From Camelus ferus (taxonomy: Eukaryota), in NCBI RefSeq assembly GCF_009834535.1, contig NC_045716.1:20894001-20958000 (forward strand): a stretch of DNA of 64,000 nt. Reading direction: 5' to 3'. The notes under the pieces were generated by a model. The model was not told the origin of the DNA and did not search any database. It was given only the letters and a program-made list of their open reading frames with translations. The first letter of the stretch is position 1. Every line of letters starts with the position of its first letter. Shown here piece by piece: positions 25,250 to 35,580 of the stretch. The translations under genes and the position numbers were made by a program.

Positions 25250-25322
25250 ACTTAGTCCCACATGAGCAGGCACTCTGACATGGATGATGGGGACAAAGCA
25301 AAGAGAAAGAAATAATAAATAA

Positions 25323-25352
<30 letters not shown>
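25323..25352. repeat. (AT)n(AC)n microsatellite
   Basis: Direct reading. Confidence 0.9.
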
Positions 25353-25353
<1 letters not shown>

Positions 25354-25542
25354 ATATAGAAATAAAAATAGAGGAAGTGCAGAGAGAAGAAAACTTCCAC
25401 AACTTATCAATTTTCTCAGATAAACAAGAGAAAATATTGTATACATGAAACAAGAACAGAATACCATAAAAAAGAAACACACAGAAAATAAAATAGAGTT
25501 CTTGAGAAATAAGAATATAAGAGCATAAATAAAATTCTCACT

Positions 25543-25612
25543 TACGACACAACATTGTAAAATGACTATAACTCAATAAAAAAAATGCTTTAAAAAAAAA
25601 GAACAAAAAAAA
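25543..25612 (+). mobile_element. about 70-nt L1 3'-terminal stub with poly(A) and a 12-nt TSD
   Basis: AAAATTCTCACT at 25531-25542 and 25613-25624; the insert ends aaaatgactataactcaataaaaaaaa... Confidence 0.8.
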
Positions 25613-25864
25613 AAAATTCTCACTAGAAGAGTTGGAAGGGAAAAGTTCAGAAAATCAGAGGACCAGCCCAGAAAGTCCAATATTTGAATAATAAGAGTTC
25701 TATTAAAAAAGTGAACAGGAAAAAGAAAAAAACAAAACAAAACAAAACAGAGAGGAAATCATCAAAGGAATAATTACAGAAAATTTCCCAGAACTGAAGG
25801 ATGAGAGTTTTAGATTGCAAGGACCTACCCACTTCTCAGCATACTAGATAAAAATGGACCCAAC

Positions 25865-26522
25865 TGAGACAGAAAGGATGGGGGCAGGGCACAGCCATTC
25901 AAGGAATGACACAGCAGTTGACACCAGAATGGTGGAAGATTCAACCCCCAGTAGGCCTTGAGGCTCAAGATGGCAGGGGATTTGACTTCTAGCAGAACTT
26001 GAGCTCCATTATTTGCTCATTGTAATGTATTAGCATGATAAATAACATGCCCACAGGCACCATGACAGTTCCAAGGCTGACTAAAAAAGGTCAAAGAGTG
26101 GGCAAAGACCAAATTCCTGGGAATCCCAGCCCCTTCCTGAGGGTAGCTAGAAATGTCCTCCCACTTATTAGCATATGAAGCTACCAAGCCCATAAAAACT
26201 GGCAACACTGCCCCTCACAGCCCATTTTGCCCCCTCATCTTTGAAGACGGACCACACTCTGTCTATGGAGTGTGTATCTACTTTTACTAAGCTGAGCACG
26301 CAGCTCCCATACCCTGTGGCCTTTCTCTTGCCCTCTGAAACAGCCTACACTCTGTGCACTATGTATCTCTCTAAATAAATCTACCTTTACTCAACTGTGG
26401 CTCCCTCTTGAATTCTTTCCTGCACTAAGCCAAGGACCCACACTTGGCGGGGCACAGCCCAGGGGGCTCCATCGAGACCTGGGACACAGCCCTCCTCACG
26501 CCCCACATCTGTTTTTTCTGCA
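25865..26522 (+). mobile_element. solo ERV1-class LTR, MER41-like
   Basis: TG...CA termini flanked by CCAAC/TCAAC; AATAAA at 26374-26379; U5 segment ctcttgaattctttcctg...ccaaggaccc resembles MER41 as recalled. Confidence 0.75.
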
Positions 26523-27872
26523 TCAACACCATCATGAAGTTTCAGCTCCCAAAGAAAAGAAACATCTCTCAAAATGGGTCAGGACAGAACGGCTTCAAAC
26601 TTTTTAACAGCCACACTGGAAGCTAGATGACAATGGAGCAAGGGCTTCAAAATCCAGAGGGGAAAATACCAAGCCAAACTCTGAATCAAGTGGGAGGGTA
26701 GAATAAAGACATTTTCAGATGTGTAAGTTCTCCAAAATTTCTGTTCTAAGCACCTTTACTCAGAAAGCTACTGGAGGATGTGTTCCATCCAAAAAGGGGT
26801 GATTAACCACCTAGGAAACACCTAGGACTTAGGAAACACAGTCTCCAACACAGGGAAAGTGGAAGGGAACCCCCAGGATACTGGGCAAGGGAGATTCCAG
26901 GAGGACAGCTGTGCCCCGGAGGTAGAAGGCCACCAGTCAGTCTGGATCAGGAAAGAAGGCTTGAGGAGTGATGTCAGCAAGAAGTTGAAGTTGATAGTAT
27001 ATCTGGTGTGTCTAAATATTTTCAGAAGAGATTGAAATGGTGGAGAATTTGTGGCTAAATTAGTGAGTAAGAACCTAGAAAACTAAATAAAAAAATTAAA
27101 ACAGTTAACAACGTAGGGGCAACAATGTTATGCATAAAAGGAAAAGTGTGGCTCAGATATGACTGATATATGAACATTGAATATTAAGACAACAGAAATG
27201 ATGATGCAACCCTTTTTGGACATTGGGAATTTGGAAACAAAAAGAGCCCTTGAGGCTGAGATGGACGGAGGAAAGAGTGAAATCTCTTCTGCATCTCTTC
27301 CACAGCTTCCCCTCAATAGATAATACCTAAAATGATAAATCAAAAAAGTAACAATAAAAGCATGTTGCTTAGAGATATGGAAGTAATCCACCAAAAATTA
27401 GTTAAAATAGTTTGAATGTTGTTATCCCTGGAGAGGGAATAGAGAGCAGTGGGAGCTGGAACCACTTTTTTCATTTAAACTTTGTAGAACTCTGCTTCTT
27501 TAAACCATGGGCGTATGTGACAGTAAAACAACAGCAACCAGCACAGGAGTGGAGTTACCATAACCCTTGATTCCTTTTTTTTTTTTTTTTTTTTTTTGGC
27601 ATCTCCAGGCTCCTGCCTCCTGGGGTATGAGGACAGCCTGAGATCCTGCAGGGAGCTATGTCCTGCTTTGTGATGTGAAATGATTTAATCTGCGCTCAGT
27701 TTTTCCCTCTGAATAATGGAAATTATAGCAGATGCCTCTCCTAGGACTTCATGAGGAGAAGGCAAGTGATTTTGGTTGTTTAATTTTTTTTTCATTTTTT
27801 AAAATTGTTTTTAGTGATCACAATATTCCCATGACTACAGACATTATTATTTGAAAGTTCCTGGTAACAGTG

Positions 27873-27986
27873 TTTCTTTCTTTCTTTTTTTATTGAAGTA
27901 CAGTCAGTTACAATGTGTCCATTTCTGGTGTACAGCACAATGTCCCAGTCATGCATATACATACGTATATTCGTTTTCACATTCTT
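27873..27986 (-). mobile_element. young L1 3' stub (same terminus family as 6744-6908)
   Basis: T-rich tail then attgaagtacagtcagttacaatgtgtccatttctggtgtacagcaca. Confidence 0.75.
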
Positions 27987-28210
27987 GGTTCTTAATTTAC
28001 TTTCATCATTGGTCCACACATGACCCTCGTTGATTTATCTATTAAATATATATGTGTATAATCAATACGCATGTGCCTACCACCCCAACCATTGCTACTG
28101 ATTTGTGCTTTTCTGTGTTCCCCTTCCCCATCAGGTCCCCCAAGTCCCCCTAACACTAGGTACTAGGTATCCATTGTCCTGAAACCTCTCTCTCCCTCTC
28201 TATCTCCCTC

Positions 28211-28309
28211 TGTGTATATGTGTGTGTGTGTATATATATAGTTTATATATATTATATAAATAATTTATATATTATATATTATATATATAGTTTATACATA
28301 TATATATAG
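28211..28309. repeat. (TG)n/(TA)n compound microsatellite
   Basis: Direct reading. Confidence 0.9.
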
Positions 28310-29055
28310 TTTTCTCACATCTATAGGGTCTCCTGAAAATGTGTTGTTCAATTTTGGCTGTTTCTAACTTTATCAAAAGGGTATAAAACTGTAATGAATT
28401 ACTTTTTTCACTTGATATTGTATTCCTTATATTCACCCACATTTTCATCCACATTGAACGTCTGTTTTTTTTCTTTGCTTTAATAGCATTCCTTTGCATT
28501 AATATATGACAAGTGAACTATCCATTCTCCTGCTGATGGGCATTGGAGTTGTTTCTAGGTTTTCACTGTTATGAACAAACTCATGATATTCTTTCTTCTC
28601 CATGGCTCCTAGTGTGCACACACAGCGGCTTCTCCTGTGTATACACTTAGCAGTGGAAATAGTGGGTCACAGGGTACCTGAAATTTAGACGTTACAACGT
28701 GAGGCCAAACTGCTTTCCAAAGCAACATATAAGGGTCTCTGACCACAACTTTCCAACGTCTGGTACTGTTGGACTTCTTAATTTTTGCCTCTTGAATGAG
28801 TATACATGATTTCTTACTGTGATCTTGATTTGAGCCTTTGCTGATCACTAATGAGATTGAGTGTCCCCTCATGAGAGTAGTATATTGGTCATATTTTCTT
28901 TTCCTTATATGAAACCCTTGTTCATGTAGTTTGCCCATTTTTCTATTGGTTTGTCTGTCCTTTTCTTTATTGATTTGTACATGTTCTTTTACACAGATAA
29001 TCTTGAATAATCTTTTATTAAAAATAATAATAATCCTATATTGATTTGCATTCAA
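28310..29055 (-). mobile_element. old L1 (L1M) ORF2 C-terminal/3' remnant
   Basis: ORF 28609-29055 translation (KEHVQINKEK...SLVIS...LLWKAVW...PCDPLFPLLSVY) resembles the L1 ORF2p C-terminus (QINKKK...SLVIRE...LWKSVW...PFDPAIPLLGIY). Confidence 0.75.
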
Positions 29056-29879
29056 ACTTTGAAAAAAAATTTAAAAAAATACAAGAGGGCAGAGAAGGGT
29101 GGAATTTGGAGTGAGAAAACTAGAAACTTCCAAACTGGAACACTGAAGTCAGAGCTGGACCAGGCTGTGTCAGGATGACTGACAGGACCGAGGGCTGGAG
29201 ACCAGACTACTCACAGCCAGCCACCTATTCATCTTCAGACCCACCCCTTTCTGCCAGCACTGGCCCAGGGCCTGGCATGGCACCTGCCAAAGCCTGAGGA
29301 ATAGATGTGGAGGCAAATGAATGAAACCTCAAGCCCATGGCAATGTGGTGGTAGAATATGGCCTCCCATTGACATCTGTGCCCACAAAAGCCACAATCAG
29401 CCTCCTCCAGAAGGGCCAAAACTGCCGCCCAATTTGGGTGGAAGCTCTCTCCCCCTTGAGAGGGAGGGACAGAGAACCTACTAGGGCTCTATCTTATCAG
29501 TCCAGAAAAGGGCCCTTGGCCCCTCCTCACCATATGCAAGTCCCGGTCCCCCTCCTCCCCAGGCCTCTGTCTCTGGGGTCTCAGAGCAATACCCTCAGTG
29601 GGAGAGGGCTGAAGAATGTGGCCAGACATGATCAGAGCCACGGCAATTCTCTCAGCCTGAACCTGGCCCCAGATCTCATTCCTTTAAGTCTTAGGGACTA
29701 ACCTGGGGTTTGTGCCTGTACAAAATGGCGGGCCTCTCATCCAGCCTTAGACGCCCCAGCCTGTAAGTAGCAAGGTTACTTCCAACACTACTTGTCAGCA
29801 AATTCCTGCCAATAATGTTGCTGTGAATGACCTTTTTCGTCTTGCAAATTGGAGAGAAAACTGGTGAGGATCCTCACCC

Positions 29880-30360
29880 CCACGTGAGGTGAAACGGTAC
29901 AGTGGTACAGTATTATTCACTGTAGCACGGTTGGTATTATCAGAAGAAAGGAGACAAGTAAATGCCCATCACCCGGGGACTGATTAAATTGTTTATGACA
30001 CAGAAATATTGTGAACTATTATGCCACCGTTAAAACGAATGGGGCGGATCGTCGTGGACTGAAATGGAAGCAGTTCCAAGATCTGTTGTTAAGTGGAAGA
30101 TAGTAAAGTGCAGAACGATGTATATGGGATGCCACCATTTGCGGGAAGGAAATAGATAGCTCTGCATTTGCTTGAAAATTAGAGAGAATATTACGAGAAG
30201 AATACACACAAAATTGGTAATTTTTTGCCTCTGAGAAAGAAATTGTGGTGGCAAGGCAGACAGGAAGAGGTAACATGGAGGTGACTTTTCACTGAATTAT
30301 CTTCTTGACTTCCTAAATTTTGTGTCATATACACATATTCATTACATATACAAAAAAATA
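29880..30360 (+). mobile_element. old L1ME-like 3' end
   Basis: aaatgcccatca...ggggactgattaaa...gacttttcactg...tgtcatatacacatatt with an A-rich end. Confidence 0.55.
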
Positions 30361-30829
30361 ACTGAAGTGTTTATACGGTGTCTACAGCTCCTGGGGATCC
30401 TGATGTGCTCTGACTACTTCCTGCTCTGACTACTTCCTGCTCTGTGAAGGCTGAAGCGCTCACCCCTGAGGGCTCAGGAACCATTACCACCCACAGTTCT
30501 TGGAAAAGCAGAGAAGAGAACCCAGGAACATAGCTCCCTGGGAGCCTTCGTAGTCCTTCCACATGCCGGGTCACACGTCCCGCAGTAGGGACCACCGCGG
30601 TACCCTCTCCCCTGACCTAGCAAGCCCCTCCACATCTGTGTTGCCTCCAGATGAAGCTTCTAGAAGTTCACTTCTGCTCATGTTTCTCTCTTGCCTAAGC
30701 CCTTTAATAGCTTCCACTGTCAAACAATTAAATCTAAACTCTGGGGAATCGGGCCCAGGCATTGGTATTCCTTGCACTCTTCAAGTGACTCTAATATAGG
30801 GCTCAAGTGGAAAGCCATTGCCTTGAAAC

Positions 30830-31002
30830 AGCGCTGTCCAATAGAACTTTCTGTGATAATGGAAATGTTCCATGCACTGTCCAATACAGTAGCCAATAAC
30901 CACATGAAGCCACTGAACACTTGAAGAGTGGCTTATATGACTGAGGAAGGGAATATTTAATCAATTTAAGTTTAAATAGTCACATATATTAGAATAGCTT
31001 TA
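30830..31002. mobile_element. MER3 (hAT-Charlie) element
   Basis: cagcgctgtccaatagaactttctgtgataatggaaatgttc... matches the MER3 start as recalled. Confidence 0.8.
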
Positions 31003-31154
31003 GAGAATAAATCCAATGATTTTCACTTTAAAAAAAAAGAATCCTCTTTTTAAAAAACAATATTTTTATTATGCAGGATATTATGCATACAGCAGAGTTG
31101 TTATAAAACATAAGCATCTTTAGGAAAAATAGCTAACATTATTATACTAACAGC

Positions 31155-31730
31155 TAATAGCTAACACAGAGTAGCCAATAGTGCATATGATGTGCCAGGC
31201 ACTGCCCTAAGCATTTACATATATCATACATATTAATTGATTTCTCAACCTCCCCCTTTACAGATGAGAATACTGAGGCACAGAAAGGTTGAGTAACTTG
31301 CTGCAGGTTACATGGTTGGTAAGTGGTGGAGTGGGACTCAAACCCAGGTAATCGGGCTCCCAAGCCCATGTGAACACCTATACCCACTGTCATAGTGCCA
31401 GCTTTAGTAGGGCATAAGGCTAGTATGAAGAAGCTCAATCCAAAGGAACCTATTCCCTTGCACTAAATATTACTCAAAAGCTAATATAAATACAGTGATA
31501 ATGGATTTTATCAAGCACTTACAATGTTCCTGGCTCTGTTCAAAGCACTTTAAAATACATGAATTCATTCAATCCTCATCACAATCCTTTTTTTACAGAC
31601 ATGGAAACTGAAACTTACCCATTTTACAGACATGCAAACTGAGACTGGGGGCAGTTAAGTAGTTTTCCTAAAATGATAACAGTGGGTCACGGTGCCAGAG
31701 TGGGTACTCAGACCCTGTTGTCTCCGACTC
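31155..31730 (-). mobile_element. two adjacent MIR SINEs; the second has an internal duplication of about 31 nt (31591-31650)
   Basis: MIR cores at about 31155-31430 and 31490-31730; ttttacagacatg.aaactga occurs twice. Confidence 0.7.
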
Positions 31731-32409
31731 CTTGTAAAACGCACAAAAGCACAGATACTCTTTTACTTTGGGTGACTTGGGTGGGAGTGGGCAATGGAGG
31801 TGGTTTTGAAAAACACTGGTCTAAACTACCCATCCTCCTCTCCTCCCTCAACTCTCTCTTAGGAGGTAAAGGGAAGGAAGTGGACATTTTCTTTGAACCT
31901 AATGAGCAGGTAAGGTTTTCACGCAGTTGATCTTCTTTTCACTTCACAACCACCTCATATAAGGTAGCTATTTGCATTAGGAGTTTTGCAACGGAAGAAA
32001 ATTTTATTTAGGAATTCTAGATAAGCCATTTGCCAAGAGCAAAACTCAAACCCAGGTCCCTTGACATGCAAACACAGATTGTTTCCACTAAACCACACTG
32101 CTTCTTCCTCTCGACTCTAAGCTCCATCCTCCTGCAGCTGTATCAGCTACCCCTTCCCGACGTGGACAGAAATAAGCCCGCCACCATCTTCCCTGATCTT
32201 GCTCCTCCAGACTCACTTTGGAACTCTAGAGCCAGATCTGCACCCATAAGTCTTCTCTGCTCTGGGGCCCCAAGTTCACTAACTTCTGTCCTGACCTCTC
32301 TCCCACACAAATGTGGAGTCAAGCACCAGCATCAAAAGAATCATTTCACTGAGACATCTGTGAACTGGTTCCAAGCTGGGCTGGCAGTCTGGGGGCCTGT
32401 GACCGTGTG

Positions 32410-32560
32410 TTTTAGAACTTACTACTCAAATGAAGGTTCAAAGCAGCAGAAACAGCACCTTGGGTGATGAGATAGAAATGCAGGCTCCCCAAACCTACTG
32501 AATTAGAATCTGCTTTTTAAGAGGATCCCCAAGTGATTCATTTGCACATTAAAGCCTGCA
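32410..32560. mobile_element. MER5A-like hAT MITE
   Basis: gaaatgcaggctcccc..acctactgaattagaatctgc..ttaagaggatccccaagtgattc. Confidence 0.7.
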
Positions 32561-34175
32561 CGCAAAGCACTAAGGCAGACCTGAATCCCAGGGGAAGCAG
32601 GCTTGTGCCCGCTGCCCGTGTAACTGACCCTCTGCGGCTCCTTGCTTGGTTGTTAGGGGCAGCTGTGAGTTAGTTGATGATGTTATTGTAAGGAGAACTT
32701 GGATATTGAATTGCAATGAAGGCCTAGGAGATTACTGCAACAAAGGGAACACAGGTTGTTTTATTGCAACCAGCATCTGCATGAAGGACTGAATGACAGG
32801 CCCAAGAGACTTGGCAAAAAGAATTTAAGAAGCCTTATTGCCACCTCCATGCAACAAAGTGGGGCAATGGATGGACTCTTGGTTTTAACTAAGTTGGGGT
32901 GCGCTAAATTGGAAAACAAATTAAAAATATGCTTGCTGCGCTGAAACAGCATATTTATAATACTGGCCTGGACACTAAAAGGAAACCAATTGTGTCACTA
33001 GATTTATTGAAACATCTCTAAGAACTTGTGACAAAACTCTCTCTTAACAACAATAAGAACAACAAAGAAAAATTTTAGCCTGACAGAATCTGGACCATTA
33101 AACTGACTGCATTTCAAACTGGAATGCATGGTAGAGTAAACACCACTGGAATCTAGCTGCCCTGTTGCAACAAGTTCGGATTTGCTATTGAAACAAATCG
33201 TCAAGTCTGTGGCTGAGGGCATGCATGGCTCTTTTATTGCAACAGAACCTTGCAGAGTGTCCCACTCTGCCAGCAGCCTGGGGCCTGAAGTGCCTGTGAA
33301 CAGGGCCAGAGCAACTCCTATCATAAGGCAGAATTACACTGAGAGGCCACACTGTTAGAAAGGCAAAACTCCTGAAATGCATTGTCATGGGTATAAGGAC
33401 AATCCATAAGGATATGAAGAACTGTAGGGAACAACTTCAGGCCTCCGATAATAAGCAGCCAATGCATGACTGTGATGTTGGCAGAGAGTAATGGGATCCC
33501 ATCTCACAACTGAGGAAACTGAGGCTCAGGGAGAAGTTCAGGGGGTAGCCCAAGTTCTAATGACTGGTGAACAGCTGGGTAGGAATGTATACTTGGGCCT
33601 TTTGGCTTCAGCCTGCCCTTCTTTCACAGGGAGCCTTTGCATATGCTTTGAAGTAGGATCAGGAAACTTGTGGGAAGAAAAACATGCATATTTTATCCAT
33701 TCAAACCTAGAATATTTTGTTGCAAAATTTTAAGGATCTGGACATGCTATAACGTAAGAACCAAATCTTATTTCTAAGAGACTGTAGATGTCTGGAATTT
33801 CGGCAAATCCAAGACCAATACAGTGACAGCAAATCAAAGATGTAATTATAGTAAAGTCTTGTTTGGCTTAATGGTAAGAGATCTGAGTTCAAGTTTTGGT
33901 TCTATGAGTTCTTAACATACACCTAGGCTAAAATGTAGTGTCTGGAATTCGGCAAAATCATACTGATCCTTTAAGGTCCAACTCAAAGTCACCACCTTTG
34001 TGAAGCCTTCCCAGATTCTCCCCCACGTTCATCCCGCAAGAGGTAGTCACTTCACATTTTATCGATGGTTTGGGATTTATTGGTACTCTACTGTCTCTTC
34101 CCACTAGAACAGAGCCCATCTTTGTGCGCTTACCTAGTGGTAAAGCCAGATCTCTCTTGCCAGGAAGTAGCATAG

Positions 34176-34328
34176 AGAACCGATACCTATCTAAGGCACC
34201 TGGAACGTGGCCACTTTGTGCCACAACCCCTCGAACACCTCCTGTCTACCAAACTCGAGCCTCTCCTCTTCCACAGAGGCCATAGTAGGGTGCAAATCCC
34301 CGACGTTTCGGGGCCTAGGCCATTGACT
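34176..34328 (+). other. HDGF: homologue of the human HDGF alternative upstream first exon; frame open, ATG absent
   Basis: Translates RHLERGHFVPQPLEHLLSTKLEPLLFHRGHSRVQIPDVSGPRPLT, similar to the human isoform N-terminus MHPEGGQFVPQLLGHLLATKL...AQIPDVS as recalled; phase-0 GTAAGC donor at 34329. Confidence 0.6.
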
Positions 34329-34329
34329 G

Positions 34330-35580
34330 TAAGCACATCGAGGCCCAGGGCGAACCTCAGTGTACTTCCCGGCACCCAGCACGCTGCCAAGCACCACGGG
34401 CGCCCAGAACACATTCGTGGATGGAGATGCAACGGAGGGCAGCGAGGCACTGCGGGTAGACGACGACCCTTGACTGCGCTGCAAGCCGCGGTTGGGAGCA
34501 CCCCGCGGGGTCGGGGGAGGGGCGCCAGGCCGCTCCGTCCTGCCGGGCGCCAGCTCCTGCTGGGCGGGCGGGCGGGCGGGCACCCACCGACAGCGGGCAC
34601 ACAAAGCCTGCTCGGCGTGCTCGGCGATCGGCTCTTCATGCCTGTGTCGCCGCGCGCCGCCAGGCGGCTCCAGGTTGGGCGTCGGGCTGTGACAGGCACG
34701 GGGCGTCAAGAAGCTGCACGCATCAAACCGCCACGGGAGGGAGTGCGGAGTTGGGGGAGGNNNNNNNNNNNNNNNNNNNNNNNNNNNNNNNNNNNNNNNN
34801 NNNNNNNNNNNNNNNNNNNNNNNNNNNNNNNNNNNNNNNNNNNNNNNNNNNNNNNNNNNNNNNNNNNNNNNNNNNNNNNNNNNNNNNNNNNNNNNNNNNN
34901 NNNNNNNNNNNNNNNNNNNNNNNNNNNNNNNNNNNNNNNNNNNNNNNNNNNNNNNNNNNNNNNNNNNNNNNNNNNNNNNNNNNNNNNNNNNNNNNNNNNN
35001 NNNNNNNNNNNNNNNNNNNNNNNNNNNNNNNNNNNNNNNNNNNNNNNNNNNNNNNNNNNNNNNNNNNNNNNNNNNNNNNNNNNNNNNNNNNNNNNNNNNN
35101 NNNNNNNNNNNNNNNNNNNNNNNNNNNNNNNNNNNNNNNNNNNNNNNNNNNNNNNNNNNNNNNNNNNNNNNNNNNNNNNNNNNNNNNNNNNNNNNNNNNN
35201 NNNNNNNNNNNNNNNNCCCCTTCAGGCTTGGGTTGCATAACACCCGGGAGGGCACGAGCGCTCCGCGTGGAGGGGGTGGAGGCGAGGGCGCGTCGGAGTC
35301 CCCCACTCTTTGCTGAGCTCCTCCAAGCCCACCCCCCCGGTTATATAATGGTGGAGGCGGCGGGGGGGGGGGGTGGCGCGGCGGCGAACACCTGGCCAGA
35401 AGGCGTCCGCGCGTAGTGGCGGGTGCGCGGTGTGGGGATCCGAGGGCGCCGGTCACTTCCCGGCCCCTGGCTCCGCGTGCTCGGTTCCGCCCTCAGCCCC
35501 CATACTCCCAGCGGTTTCGGGCGCGCTGCCTGGGTTTGGGCCAGTCATGTAACTCCTCCCAGGCGCCACCGCCACCCCCC
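34330..35580 (+). promoter_or_regulatory. HDGF: HDGF CpG island and promoter; canonical exon 1 inferred inside the 456-nt gap 34761-35216
   Basis: CpG-dense on both sides of the gap; MSRSNRQKEY...PHWPAR is not found in the visible sequence. Confidence 0.75.

Larger units (their letters stand above)
24370..27420 (+). mobile_element. ancient L1ME-like 5' UTR/ORF1 fragment, host to several younger insertions
   Basis: A-rich degenerate ORF1-like sequence (gaaaatttcccagaactgaagga..., cagaaagctactggaggatgtgttcca). Boundaries approximate. Confidence 0.55.

Noticed and set aside
28609-29055. 148-aa minus-strand ORF as a novel gene
   Set aside because: It is a degenerate L1 ORF2 C-terminal remnant.
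34191-35456. Long ORFs (421, 340 and 221 aa) spanning the HDGF promoter
   Set aside because: They stay open only because N codons hide stops, and they lie in a GC-rich CpG island. Only the 34176-34328 segment has independent support.
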